Origin: an uncultured Acidimicrobiaceae bacterium
Lineage (GTDB): Bacteria; Actinomycetota; Acidimicrobiia; Acidimicrobiales; RAAP-2
Direction: 5' to 3'
DNA: 64,000 bases
Assembly: GCA_963821105.1 (NCBI GenBank)
Contig: CAWGCO010000015.1
Span: 5,571-69,570 of the forward strand
Each line of letters opens with the position of its first letter. Positions within the stretch are counted from its first letter, which is position 1. Shown here in pieces: positions 1 through 9,618 of the stretch. The notes under the pieces were generated by a model. It was not told the DNA's origin. It made no database searches and was given only the letters and a program-made list of their open reading frames with translations. The position numbers were made by a program, and so were the translations under genes.

Positions 1-113
1 ACCTCGACCTGAAACCTCTGCGGATCTGACGTGAGCGGCTCTGGTCACCTGGCCCCGGACCGGCGGACCGGGATAGTCCGAGTTTTCGAAGGGGACGCCG
101 GTGAGGGGGCAGA

Positions 114-548
114 ATGTGGAGGGTGCGCAGATCACTAAGCCTGCTCGGACTAGGTGTGGCAGTGATGATCATTGGGTTCGTCGCACTGTTTGCGGTCAGT
201 GATGGCGGCAGTCCTACAGTCACGGGCGGATTCCCCACAACGACAACCACGTTGCCTGTAATACCTCTGTCCACCTCGACAACCATCGTCACCTTGCAAG
301 GCCTCGGCCCGCACGGCACCAGCAAGCGGGCGGTGCTCGTCTCGGTGACCGAACCCAACGTAGTGGGTATGACCCTGGCGCAGGCAGGTTCCGTCCTGTC
401 CGCTGTCGGACTTTCTAACGAGATCTCAAGTCAGACGGCTGCGCCGGCCGGAACTAGTTCGACGGGAACGATTGTCGCCCAAGCTCCTACGGCAGGTTCA
501 AAGGTCGAACAGCAACAGGTCATCCAGCTATCCGTCTCTGGCTACTGA
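114..548 (+). CDS. membrane-anchored PASTA-domain protein
   Basis: ATG ORF. It has an N-terminal TM helix (LLGLGVAVMIIGFVALFAV), a Thr-rich linker and a C-terminal PASTA-like module (VVGMTLAQAGSVLSAVGL...VIQLSVS). Confidence 0.6.
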   Translation: MWRVRRSLSLLGLGVAVMIIGFVALFAVSDGGSPTVTGGFPTTTTTLPVIPLSTSTTIVTLQGLGPHGTSKRAVLVSVTEPNVVGMTLAQAGSVLSAVGLSNEISSQTAAPAGTSSTGTIVAQAPTAGSKVEQQQVIQLSVSGY

Positions 549-633
549 ACCCACCACCCTTCCGGCGATAGGAGACACCCCGAGGCCTTTTCGGATGGGC
601 GCCCCGTGCAAGCGCAGATAACCACCACTACGG

Positions 634-1290
634 TTGATCCACGTGAAGCGCTTTGGCGGGGTTTTCCTAACATTCTTAATGTTCGCAGTTGGCGTAGTCG
701 CTTTGTCTGGGACGCCAGTCGGGGCCGTCACCAACACGCAGGTGAAGTCCAAGGCGCTCGCTCTGAATGACATGCCCGCTGGGTGGTCGGTCGACAACAG
801 CAGCTCGGGTGGCGTGAGCAATGTCGGAGGGTGTCTTGCTGGGCTCGAGGCGCTGAAGAAGCCGCCAAGGGGCATCGCACGCGCCGAGGTTGAGTACACC
901 GATGGCCAGTATCCCTCTCTTCAAGAAACAGTTGAGGCAGGCAAGGGCGCGGTTACCCGATACAACAAGTTTCTCAAGATCTTGGATAGTTGCAAGACCC
1001 TTAGCTTTACGTCGAGTGGGCTAAAGGTGACGGGCAATGTCGGCGCCATGTCCTTTCCCACTGTGGGCGACTCGTCGCATGCCTTTGCGATGAACTTGGA
1101 GGCCGACGGCCAGACGTTCGGCGTAGATCTCGTGCTATTTCGTGTCGGTGAATACGACGGGGACATGCTGTACCTCGACGTATCGCCTGATCCGTCGACC
1201 GTAGAGACTTTCGCAACAGAGTCGGTCAACAAGATCGAAGGCAAGCCCGTCTCGGCGCCATCGACATCGAATTCAAGTGGCACTCTTTAA
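634..1290 (+). CDS. secreted hypothetical protein
   Basis: Signal-peptide-like N-terminus (VFLTFLMFAVGVVALSGTPVGA). Two Cys. No family recognised. Confidence 0.5.
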   Translation: MIHVKRFGGVFLTFLMFAVGVVALSGTPVGAVTNTQVKSKALALNDMPAGWSVDNSSSGGVSNVGGCLAGLEALKKPPRGIARAEVEYTDGQYPSLQETVEAGKGAVTRYNKFLKILDSCKTLSFTSSGLKVTGNVGAMSFPTVGDSSHAFAMNLEADGQTFGVDLVLFRVGEYDGDMLYLDVSPDPSTVETFATESVNKIEGKPVSAPSTSNSSGTL

Positions 1291-1386
1291 GGACGTTTGG
1301 TGCGACGCTCCTACCCGGCGAACGGGGACACAAGTGATCCCAGAGTGTTCCTGGCGCGCCTTTCACTCCAGTCAGCGCTTCGACGG

Positions 1387-2152
1387 CTATGAGCTTCGTC
1401 TCGCGTAGGAGAGTGACCATCGTTCACCGGTGGACACAAGCCACAAAGCCGTTGCCCCAAATGACCCCACCAAGAGGAGAAGACCGAGCCACGCTCCTAT
1501 GCTCCAGGCAGCTCCTGGGAGTGCCATCACAAAGATCAAGAGGAGCAACAGGCCCTGCGCGCCAAGGAAGATGATCAAAATGGCTGGTCGGTCGAGCAAG
1601 GGCCTCGGTTCCCCTTGGCGCGAAATTGTGGATTGTCGAGCAGAGACAGCCAAGGCTGAGCACCAGCCAGAGGAAGGCCATCCCAAATACGTAGCCCTCG
1701 GTACTGCGGTCCGCTTCATTTCGAAAGATCAAGGGCACAGCCACAGCGCAGCCAGCAAGCACGACCGCACTCAGTGCCCACATGAGGCGCTTTCGATCGA
1801 AGAGGGCTGCCTCTTCCGGCGGAGGCGGCTCGGCCAGTCGCACAACGTCCGAAGGAACGAGCCACCCCTGCGGAGTCTGAGTTGTCGAGTGCTGCTGAGG
1901 CGTTGGGTGGACGAGTGTGCTCGACCCAGCCTGATTCGACAACCAGATTCCGGCACCAATACCGCTAATGGACATCCACACTCCGAATGCCGCAACTCCG
2001 AGGAGCGCACTGTTCGCTAGGAGGCCAAGAGCGAGCGGGACAACTACCCAGGAGACGGCGAGTGCGACGAGTAATCCGCGATGACGTTGATGCCTAGCGG
2101 ATAGCCCAATTACCGACAGATCCTCATCTGTCGGTACCGCTGGGTCCTCCAC
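1387..2152 (-). pseudogene. polytopic membrane protein, apparent frameshift
   Basis: Minus-strand ORFs 1424..2152 and 1387..1719 both encode TM-helix-rich sequence. Joining them near 1590-1600 gives a ~6-TM protein. Alternatively these are two overlapping genes. Confidence 0.4.
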
Positions 2153-2260
2153 AGTCGGCCATTCTAGGAATCGACAACCCGATCAGTCGTGTCGCTGCAT
2201 TCCCGGCGTTCTGGGGCACGACCGCAAGACCGCCCTTTCGGTGGCTATGTTCAAGTGTCG

Positions 2261-2809
2261 ATGATTGAAGAGCGGGCGGAGCAAGGGCTTGCTCGACGAG
2301 TCGTGGTGGTGTCGACGCTCTTGGCGGCCTTGAGTGCTAGCGCTGTCGGCCTTGCATCTGCGGCTGGTGCAGCTGCAACATCCAGCCGGATCACGACCCC
2401 GGGCAGTAACCCACACGGCCCTCTCTGCCGGAAGCTGCACAAGGATGATTTGAGCCTTAGCAAGCAAAAGTCCAATCTCCAGAAGGCCAAGTCCGGAAAC
2501 TGGTCCGCCAACCGGAAATTCCTCGTTGCGTATTACGACCTCTTGGTGAAGACCTCGCAAGCGGTCATCGAAACCGGATCCGGCGTTCCACCCAGTATCC
2601 TGAGCGCAGCGCATAAGGAACTCAAGAGTGGCGCCGCCGAGGAGAGACTTATCCTCAAGTCCAAAGGCATTTCTGAGCTAAATCGAACCCCGAATACGCC
2701 CCTGGTCGATTCGATGTCAGCCTGGACCCCAGTCTTCGAGTACATCGGGGCGCAGTGCGGCAGTACTGGCGGAGTTACGTCTGTGGTGAAGGGGACTTCA
2801 GCCGGCTAA
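2261..2809 (+). CDS. secreted hypothetical protein
   Basis: ORF 2189..2809. The internal ATG at 2261 precedes a signal-like segment (RRVVVVSTLLAALSASAVGLASA). No family recognised. Confidence 0.45.
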   Translation: MIEERAEQGLARRVVVVSTLLAALSASAVGLASAAGAAATSSRITTPGSNPHGPLCRKLHKDDLSLSKQKSNLQKAKSGNWSANRKFLVAYYDLLVKTSQAVIETGSGVPPSILSAAHKELKSGAAEERLILKSKGISELNRTPNTPLVDSMSAWTPVFEYIGAQCGSTGGVTSVVKGTSAG

Positions 2810-2884
2810 CTGACCGCACCCACGGACTCCTGCAAAATCGAAGGTGCTCACCGACCCGGCGTTCGGGGATAGGACCGGTTCAAA

Positions 2885-3403
2885 TCACTCGAGAAGCTCG
2901 GCGATGAGATGCCGATCGCGATCCGGTAGATGGACGGTCTCAAGTAGTGACCTCGGGGAAACGCCGGCTTCGTCTTCCAGATTTGGGTTCGCGCCTGCCG
3001 CAAGTAGAACCCCGACCACGTCCGGCGAGCCAATTTCTATGGCCTCGTGGAGGGGAGACCTTCCTGTGATTGATCGAGCATTCGGATCGGACCCGGCATT
3101 CAGGAGCAAGGTCATGGCTCTTGGCCCGGCTTTGCACGCAATGTGAAGAGGCGTCTCACCTTCGTTATTGACGCTGTTCGGGTCCGCTCCAGCCTTGAGG
3201 AGCAATTCGGTGATTTCCGCCTCTTCATCGCCAAAGAAATCCTCGGGTTCATCGACCGCCTCCATGAGTGGGGTCAGACCGTCACCTATGGGATCGACAA
3301 GTCCAAGCTCGTCAGGATCCTGGCCTTCGCCGAGAAGCGCCTTCACCCTCGCGACGTTGCCACTCCATACCGCGAAGTAGAGGCTGTCCTCGTCTCGGCC
3401 CAC
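2885..3403 (-). CDS. ankyrin repeat protein
   Basis: Repeated ankyrin consensus (GLTPLMEAV, GETPLHIACKAG...LLLNAGSDPNA, GRSPLHEAIEIG...LLAAGANPN). No signal peptide. Confidence 0.85.
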   Translation of the reverse strand: MGRDEDSLYFAVWSGNVARVKALLGEGQDPDELGLVDPIGDGLTPLMEAVDEPEDFFGDEEAEITELLLKAGADPNSVNNEGETPLHIACKAGPRAMTLLLNAGSDPNARSITGRSPLHEAIEIGSPDVVGVLLAAGANPNLEDEAGVSPRSLLETVHLPDRDRHLIAELLE

Positions 3404-3566
3404 GATCCATTATCCCGGACCGTGGTCAACCCGGCGATGGGGGCTAGGTCGGCCGCTACGTGGACCGATCAAGGACGTTGGCGTTGTCTACGCTGCCTCC
3501 GAATCCAGATCACCGGGTCACGACCGGAGCGCGGTGTTCGGCGATGAGGGATGATTCGCTGCCGCC

Positions 3567-4070
3567 ATGACCGATATTCGAACGTCGCGCCTTCAGCTGC
3601 ATGCCATCGATGCGGCAGAGGCCGAACGGATCGTCGCTCGGAGAGCGGGACCGGCCGATGCGTGGGCGGACGATTTCCCGTTCGAGGGCGACGTTGGCGC
3701 AGTGGGGGCCTTACTTCGCGCGACCGCCTCGCACGGAGAGCAGCGGCCGTTCGGCTACTACCGGATCACTCGCCTGTCCGACAAGCGGGCAGTCGGGGGG
3801 GTCGGCTTCAAGGGCCAGCCAGATGGCGGCCGCGTCGAGATCGGCTACGGCTTGGCTCCCTCGGCCCGCGGTGACGGTTACGCCGCCGAGGCCGTAGTCG
3901 CCCTGCTGACCGTGGCCGCCGACCACGGACTGTCTAGGGTGATCGCCGACACGCTTCTCAGCAACATCGCTTCGCAACGGACCCTTATCCGGGCCGGATT
4001 CCGCCTTGTGAGCGCCGACGCTGAGCTCCACCGCTACGAGATTCTTCTCACAGGGGGCACCGCCACGTAG
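3567..4070 (+). CDS. GNAT family N-acetyltransferase (RimJ/RimL-like)
   Basis: Typical layout TSRLQLHAI...VEIGYGLAPSARGDGYAAEAV...LSRVIADTLLSNIASQRTLIRAGF. Confidence 0.8.
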   Translation: MTDIRTSRLQLHAIDAAEAERIVARRAGPADAWADDFPFEGDVGAVGALLRATASHGEQRPFGYYRITRLSDKRAVGGVGFKGQPDGGRVEIGYGLAPSARGDGYAAEAVVALLTVAADHGLSRVIADTLLSNIASQRTLIRAGFRLVSADAELHRYEILLTGGTAT

Positions 4071-4091
4071 CCCGCGTGCTGGGTCAGGGAC

Positions 4092-4790
4092 TTACGCTTC
4101 GGTTGGCCTGGGTGTAGGGAGCGTCACCGTCGCCACAGACTTGATCGTTGTCCATTGGGCGATGGTGGCCGTCCGCGGGTTCAGTCCTCCAGGCCTAAAT
4201 TCGATCTGTACCATCTTGCATGGGTAGTTGAGGGCTCCGGGGCTTTGTTGTGCGGCTGGCGCCGGCCTTCCTTTGCCGCACAGCCCTTGAAGGTCGAGGT
4301 CACCTCCTGGGAAGTTCGGGGGTCCCTCCAGGCTCACGTTCCACGAGCGTCCCGAGCTATCGATCACCGTGCCGGAGAGGCTTGAGAGGACGTCTGTCGG
4401 GTCGCCCGGGAAGGTACCGCCGGGCTCGTTGGGATCACTCCCTAGGTTCTGTGATTGCAGGTCGCCAAGATTAGTGACCTGGACTCGTTTCCCGTTCTCA
4501 TCAAGAGATTCAAAGACTAGAAGCCCCGCGTTCAACATCGGGATGGCAGATCGGTATTTCGCGCTCAGTGCTGCTCGAATCTTCGGTCTCGGTGGAAGCT
4601 GTTTGACCAAATGAATGGGCTGTTGGAGAGGCTCTCTAACGGCCGAGGGATAGATCGTCGTCGTCGTTGTAGAAGCTGACGCCAGTTGGGGTAGCAGTAG
4701 ACCGCCAACGCAACCGATTACAAGCGCAATTCCGCTAGGCACATGGCCGACACGAGCCAGCGCGGTAGCTCTACGGCGCCAGCGATCCAC
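4092..4790 (-). CDS. secreted hypothetical protein
   Basis: N-terminal TM/signal segment (GIALVIGCVGGLLLPQLASAS) followed by a Thr run. No family recognised. Confidence 0.45.
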   Translation of the reverse strand: MDRWRRRATALARVGHVPSGIALVIGCVGGLLLPQLASASTTTTTIYPSAVREPLQQPIHLVKQLPPRPKIRAALSAKYRSAIPMLNAGLLVFESLDENGKRVQVTNLGDLQSQNLGSDPNEPGGTFPGDPTDVLSSLSGTVIDSSGRSWNVSLEGPPNFPGGDLDLQGLCGKGRPAPAAQQSPGALNYPCKMVQIEFRPGGLNPRTATIAQWTTIKSVATVTLPTPRPTEA

Positions 4791-4936
4791 ACCTCAACGA
4801 TAGTTCTGAGCGTCGACAAGGGGCGCCTCGGAGAGGGTGCCCAATTCGTGTGGAAATGTCCCTCAGTCCCGGCGATCGGGGGCACCTTCGGTAGTTGTTG
4901 TCAGTCCTTTGAGGCTGCTAGTCCTACGCTGGAGTC

Positions 4937-5290
4937 GTGAGCTACGTCCTGGCTCCAGCGTGCAGGTCCGCATGCAAGCGGATGCTGGTCGTCCTCGCCG
5001 TGAGCTTTGGCGCAGTGGCGCTTTTTCTCGAAGTTCTCGGGGCATACGGCTTCATTTACCAGGAGTTCGTCCCAGGCCCTCCGACTTGGCCGGCCGTCTC
5101 GCTTTACTCGGTTGCCGGGTTCGTCGGTCCGGTTGCAGCCGTCATGCAGTGGAGATCAGCTCGCCGAGACGAACTGGAGTCGCTAGAGACGATCGTCTCG
5201 ACTGCGCTCATCGGAGGCATCGTGGCCGTCGGTGGGATAGTGGTGCCGTTCTTCATATGGGCTTTCTCCTTCGCCTTCGCCGGGACATAA
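4937..5290 (+). CDS. small integral membrane protein
   Basis: GTG ORF with 3-4 predicted TM helices. First gene of a tightly spaced three-gene set. Confidence 0.4.
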   Translation: MSYVLAPACRSACKRMLVVLAVSFGAVALFLEVLGAYGFIYQEFVPGPPTWPAVSLYSVAGFVGPVAAVMQWRSARRDELESLETIVSTALIGGIVAVGGIVVPFFIWAFSFAFAGT

Positions 5291-5294
5291 AGAG

Positions 5295-5558
5295 GTGCGA
5301 CCGAGATCCTTGAACTCCGGCCAAAAGCTGGTGGTCGTTGTCGGTTTGGGACTAGCCCTCTACTTCTTTGGCGGATGGGCTACGACCCTCAACACGTTCT
5401 CGGGTTGGGTCGCTTACGCCCCGCTGAGCAGCACGGTGAACGTTCCCGGAGGCGGACTCCATCCCTGGGTGCGGCTGGTGATCTGGCTCGTCCTCATCCT
5501 CGTATGGGTGCTGGCTTCGGTCGCCCTCCTTCGCAGCTCCGAGCCCAAGGACGGTTAA
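5295..5558 (+). CDS. small integral membrane protein
   Basis: Starts 4 nt after the previous stop. Two TM helices (LVVVVGLGLALYFFGGWA, LVIWLVLILVWVLASVALL). Confidence 0.4.
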   Translation: MRPRSLNSGQKLVVVVGLGLALYFFGGWATTLNTFSGWVAYAPLSSTVNVPGGGLHPWVRLVIWLVLILVWVLASVALLRSSEPKDG

Positions 5559-5576
5559 GAGCACGCCATCCGTCCG

Positions 5577-5933
5577 GTGTTCGGGGGCAGGCTCGCTACG
5601 GTGAATGCGATGCCGGACGAGGCCGCTGAGATCGACGTCGTAAACGCGTACCGGTGGGCGTTGGACCCCAGGTTCGGCAGGCTTCACGTTTACATCGACG
5701 GCAAGAAGTGTGGCGTCGCCCCTTTGTTCGGCTCACACAAAACGAACGTCCCTCCCGGCATGCATCGGGTGAGAGTTCGTCTTTGGTGGTATCGAAGCCC
5801 ATGGCTGCACGTTGATGTCGATGCAGGCGATTCTCTGCATCTCGAAGGGGACATTCCTCGTGAGCTGCCCGTCTGGAAGAGGATGATGCGACTTGCACTC
5901 CACCCTGGAAACTCCCTGGCGCTGAAGGCCTGA
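5577..5933 (+). CDS. hypothetical protein
   Basis: Third ORF of the 4937-5933 set. Soluble, no family recognised. The start is uncertain (GTG 5577 or ATG 5610). Confidence 0.35.
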   Translation: MFGGRLATVNAMPDEAAEIDVVNAYRWALDPRFGRLHVYIDGKKCGVAPLFGSHKTNVPPGMHRVRVRLWWYRSPWLHVDVDAGDSLHLEGDIPRELPVWKRMMRLALHPGNSLALKA

Positions 5934-5996
5934 GCAGAGCCGGCGTACGTCTCCGAGCCGGCGTACTGGGCTACCTCGGCCTATGGGGATGGGCCG

Positions 5997-6329
5997 TCAG
6001 CCTCCGGCTAACTTCTCGAAGTTCTCCGACAGGCGGGGCTCGCCGAGATGCTCTCGCTGTCGCCGGGCGGCCGGGGCCACCCGTGCCCATAGCCCTTCCA
6101 TCCACCACATGTCCAAAACCAGGCCGCGGTCGAGCACGCCTTGATTGACGAGAGTGCCGACTACTTCGCCGAAGTTCAGGACCTTCAGCACAGAGGGGTC
6201 GTCCGTGCTAGCTGCCTCCGGGTCGAACTCGTCGGCAAGTAGGGCCACGACGGCGTCGGTGAGGCCCATTTCGTTGCCCCAGCGAACGATCTGCATGACG
6301 AGATTGGCATCGTCTTTGGTTGCTGGCAT
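5997..6329 (-). CDS. hypothetical protein
   Basis: ORF 5997..6413. The internal ATG at 6329 is preceded by AAGGAG 7 nt upstream. No family recognised. Confidence 0.5.
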   Translation of the reverse strand: MPATKDDANLVMQIVRWGNEMGLTDAVVALLADEFDPEAASTDDPSVLKVLNFGEVVGTLVNQGVLDRGLVLDMWWMEGLWARVAPAARRQREHLGEPRLSENFEKLAGG

Positions 6330-6474
6330 GGTGATCTCCTTACACCCTCGGGGACTCTTTGCTGTTCGCAAAGTACCGACCAAAAGGGTAGACGGATGAA
6401 GCCAGTCCGACATCGGGTTCCAATCAGGCCGGGAACACCCCGTCCCGGCGGTCGGGGGCGCTCTTGCTCGGCGG

Positions 6475-7290
6475 TTATCGACGGGCGAGGATCACTTCCA
6501 CCGAGTTCTCGTAGACCCAGTGACCGGTCGGTTCAATGGACAGCACGGCTTGTTCAACCTCGTCCGCGAACTCTTGAAACCGGCTACCGAGAACCTGATC
6601 GGGACGTAACGACGTCGAACGGAGGAAGCCTACGAGTGAGGGAATGTCCCACTCCTGACGGGTTGGCACAGACAGCAGCGTTGCGACACCGAACGGGCTG
6701 GCTCTGATGACTTCTTCGTGTCTAGTGAGTCTGTGTGTCCGTTCAGAGTGTTCCTTGGACTCGAACCAGCGGTCCTGGACCGCCGCTACGGCCGCCGCTA
6801 CGGCCGTGCCGACCTCCTCACGGTCCAACCGGTCGCCGCCGGGTTGAATCTGCATCAACGGGGTTGGGTTGCCCAGCACAGCGAACAGTCCTTCGTGCTC
6901 CACCAGTTCGTGCGCTTTGGCCGCCACAACCGGTCTGTCCATCCACTGAAACGCGGAACCGATGACAACCAACCGGTAGCCGCCGGGCTTGTCGTCAAAT
7001 CGCTCGGCGGTGGAGAGGACCCACCGTATTTTGTGCTGACCCCGCTTGCTGGCCAAGCGGGCCGCCTCGTCGAGCATCCCTTGGTCAGGATCGACCCCGG
7101 TGACTGACGCCACCCGTTCAGCCAAGGTGAGGGTCAGTAGACCCGTCCCACACCCCCAATCCAGCACCCTAGACGTCGCCTCAAGAGGCGCCTCGACGGT
7201 CAAGAGATCGAAGATCGATGTCGGGTAGCTCGGGCGGAACTCCGAGTAGTAACGGGCGGTTCCGGCGAATGGACCAGTTGCCTGAGGCAT
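6475..7290 (-). CDS. class I SAM-dependent methyltransferase
   Basis: Motif I VLDWGCGTGLLT, followed by VTGVDPDQGML and a Methyltransf_11-like core. Confidence 0.85.
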   Translation of the reverse strand: MPQATGPFAGTARYYSEFRPSYPTSIFDLLTVEAPLEATSRVLDWGCGTGLLTLTLAERVASVTGVDPDQGMLDEAARLASKRGQHKIRWVLSTAERFDDKPGGYRLVVIGSAFQWMDRPVVAAKAHELVEHEGLFAVLGNPTPLMQIQPGGDRLDREEVGTAVAAAVAAVQDRWFESKEHSERTHRLTRHEEVIRASPFGVATLLSVPTRQEWDIPSLVGFLRSTSLRPDQVLGSRFQEFADEVEQAVLSIEPTGHWVYENSVEVILARR

Positions 7291-7363
7291 TGGCCCGCAC
7301 CCTAGAAGATGGCCACCGGCCCGGCGTACCGGGGCAGGTCGTTTGTTCGTCAGTAGGGATCGG

Positions 7364-8023
7364 TCATCTCCGCGTGAAGGTCAGATGGGTGACACCGCTC
7401 GGTGACGAGACTGCCTCGCTGTTGTAGCGCCCCTCCACGCCTTCGAGGCCGTCCCACAGTCGAACACCGCGGCCGAGAAGGATCGGCACCAGCACGACGT
7501 GGAGCATGTCGATGAGGTCAGCGGCGAGGAACTCGCGGACGACCGTCGGGCCACCGCCGATACGCACGTCGAGTTCGCCGGCGGCCTGCCGGGCGAGGTC
7601 GAGAGCCTCCTGCGGAGAGGCATCGACGAAGTGGAACACGGTGCCACCCTCCATCTCGATCGACGGGCGCGGATGGTGCGTGAGCACGAACACCGGCGTG
7701 TGGAACGGCGGGTTCGGCCCCCACCAGCCACGCCACTCGTCGTCGATGCCGAGATCGGTCCAGGGGCCGGTCTGAGGGCCGAACTTGCCCCGACCCATGA
7801 TCTCAGCACCGAAGCCGACATTCAGGCGTTCTGCGAACACGTTGTCGACACCAGTCGTACCGCCTGACTGACCCATGATGACGGAGCGCCCAAAGTGGGT
7901 GGGGAACACCCACTCGTGCAGACGATGGCCGGCATGGCCGAACGGGGCGTCGAACGTCAAGCCCTCGCCGGTCCCGAAACCGTCCAGGGAGATCGAGAAG
8001 TTGTGAACACGGACCTGGGACAT
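7364..8023 (-). CDS. dihydrofolate reductase family protein (RibD C-terminal domain)
   Basis: MSQVRVHNFSISLDGF...GAEIMGRGKF...VFVLTHH...DVRIGGGPTVVREFLAADLIDMLHVVLVPILLG. ATG at 8023 inside ORF 7364..8182. Confidence 0.85.
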   Translation of the reverse strand: MSQVRVHNFSISLDGFGTGEGLTFDAPFGHAGHRLHEWVFPTHFGRSVIMGQSGGTTGVDNVFAERLNVGFGAEIMGRGKFGPQTGPWTDLGIDDEWRGWWGPNPPFHTPVFVLTHHPRPSIEMEGGTVFHFVDASPQEALDLARQAAGELDVRIGGGPTVVREFLAADLIDMLHVVLVPILLGRGVRLWDGLEGVEGRYNSEAVSSPSGVTHLTFTRR

Positions 8024-8141
8024 GGCGGCCTCCGTTGGGTGTTGCGATATCAACTGGTTGACGTTAACGCCGAGCCAAGCCCGGCCGCCTGTCCCTGAAC
8101 TTCCGAAGGGTGCGCTACTAGCCGGCGTACGGGGACAGAGA

Positions 8142-9485
8142 TCACATTGTCGCCCGGTAGAGATGCCACGACCCGGGCACACCCTTCAGGTCGTGGAGTC
8201 CAGCGTCGGAGAATTGGATGCCACTGCCGAGAACAAGGTCCTTCACGGTAGAGGTGACCAACATCTGGCTCGGTTCCGCGAGGCCGGCCACTCTTGCTGC
8301 GATGTGGACGGCCAGACCGGCGAGGTCATCGTCCCGACGTTCACATTCGCCGGTGTGCAAACCAGCTCGGACGCCAATGCCTCGGCCACTCAGAGCACCA
8401 ATGATTGCCTCGCCACAACGGATACCTGAGGCTGGACCATCAAAGGTCGCGACGAACCCGTCTCCGGTGGTGTTGACTTCCCGACCCCCGAACCGATCAA
8501 GTTCTTGACGAACGACCCGGTCGTGCACATCGAGAAGTCTGCGCCATCGACTGTCGCCCATCGCTGCCGCCGTCTCCGTAGATCTCACGATGTCGGTGAA
8601 CAGCACACTGGCCAACACACGGTTGGGTTGAGCGACGGGCTTTCGGCCAGTGAGGAACTCGCCGATCGCGTCGAGATACTGATCGGTTACCTGTGATCCT
8701 GTCGTGTCCGATCCCGACAGGGTGAGCATCTCGGCGCCCGGGATATGTTCAGCGAGGTAGCGCCCTTGAGCTACCGGGAAAGCCGGATTGTCGTCGTTAT
8801 GAACGACAAGGGTCGGGACCTGAACCAAGGACAACGCATCGCGAACATCGACACCCACGATGTAGCGAAATTGAGCTTCGGCGGTCCGAGGTGTCGCAGA
8901 GGCGCGCTGGCAGCGGGCGACGGAACGAAGCGATGCCTCGTCGGTGGCCAGGCTTGGAAAGAGCAGACGAACCAAATCCGTGGTGCCCCACAGACTGGTT
9001 AGGAGCATGACGCCGGCCTCGGCAACCTCAGGATCCAGGCCAGCGGGGTAGTCGGGGGCGGCCAAAACTCTGGCCGTGGTGTTCGATAGCACCAATGCGT
9101 TCACCCGTTCGGGATGGATCGCCGCGAACAGAAGCGCAATTGGACCGGCGTCACCCTCGGCGACGATCGCCACCCGCTCCCAGCCGATGGCGTCTAGGAC
9201 CGCCCGGATGTCCTCGGCCCAATCTTCCCAGGTCGGCATGCCTGAACGGGCCACCCCATCAGAAGCCCCCGTTCCTCGCCGGTCGAACGCGACCACCTGA
9301 CCAATAGAACCCAGACGCCGAAGAAACTCGGCGTCGGCCGGGGTATCCCAGTTCAGTTCGACATGGGTGCCCAGCCCCCAGAAGTACATCAACTTCACCG
9401 CACCCGACCCGAAGACCTGAAACGCAACGTCCGCGTCCGCCACCGCGGCATACCTGGTCTGCGGTAGGTCCTCCACGAGCCACAT
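8142..9485 (-). CDS. alpha/beta hydrolase / class III adenylate-guanylate cyclase fusion (LipJ, Rv1900c-like architecture)
   Basis: The N-terminal half is alpha/beta hydrolase-like (VAFDRRGTGASDG...VAIVAEGDAGPIAL). The C-terminal half is a cyclase (VLFTDIVRSTE...NTTGDGFVATFD...GLHTGECE...GLAVHIAARV). ATG at 9485. Confidence 0.85.
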   Translation of the reverse strand: MWLVEDLPQTRYAAVADADVAFQVFGSGAVKLMYFWGLGTHVELNWDTPADAEFLRRLGSIGQVVAFDRRGTGASDGVARSGMPTWEDWAEDIRAVLDAIGWERVAIVAEGDAGPIALLFAAIHPERVNALVLSNTTARVLAAPDYPAGLDPEVAEAGVMLLTSLWGTTDLVRLLFPSLATDEASLRSVARCQRASATPRTAEAQFRYIVGVDVRDALSLVQVPTLVVHNDDNPAFPVAQGRYLAEHIPGAEMLTLSGSDTTGSQVTDQYLDAIGEFLTGRKPVAQPNRVLASVLFTDIVRSTETAAAMGDSRWRRLLDVHDRVVRQELDRFGGREVNTTGDGFVATFDGPASGIRCGEAIIGALSGRGIGVRAGLHTGECERRDDDLAGLAVHIAARVAGLAEPSQMLVTSTVKDLVLGSGIQFSDAGLHDLKGVPGSWHLYRATM

Positions 9486-9618
9486 CCTGACGCGACTGGC
9501 GCCTCGACGCCCTGAATGGGTGTGCTCGCCCGACCCAAGGGAAACCCGGCAGTGTGTGACCGTCCCGGCGTTATACATGTAATCCGTAGGTCCTGGGCTG
9601 ACTCCTATGGAAGCACAC

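Noticed and set aside
9486-9618. A tRNA gene or att site at the island/recombinase boundary (also 11721..11733)
   Set aside because: No acceptor-stem or T-loop (GGTTCGAnTCC-like) pattern was seen by eye. A tRNAscan or covariance search would be decisive.
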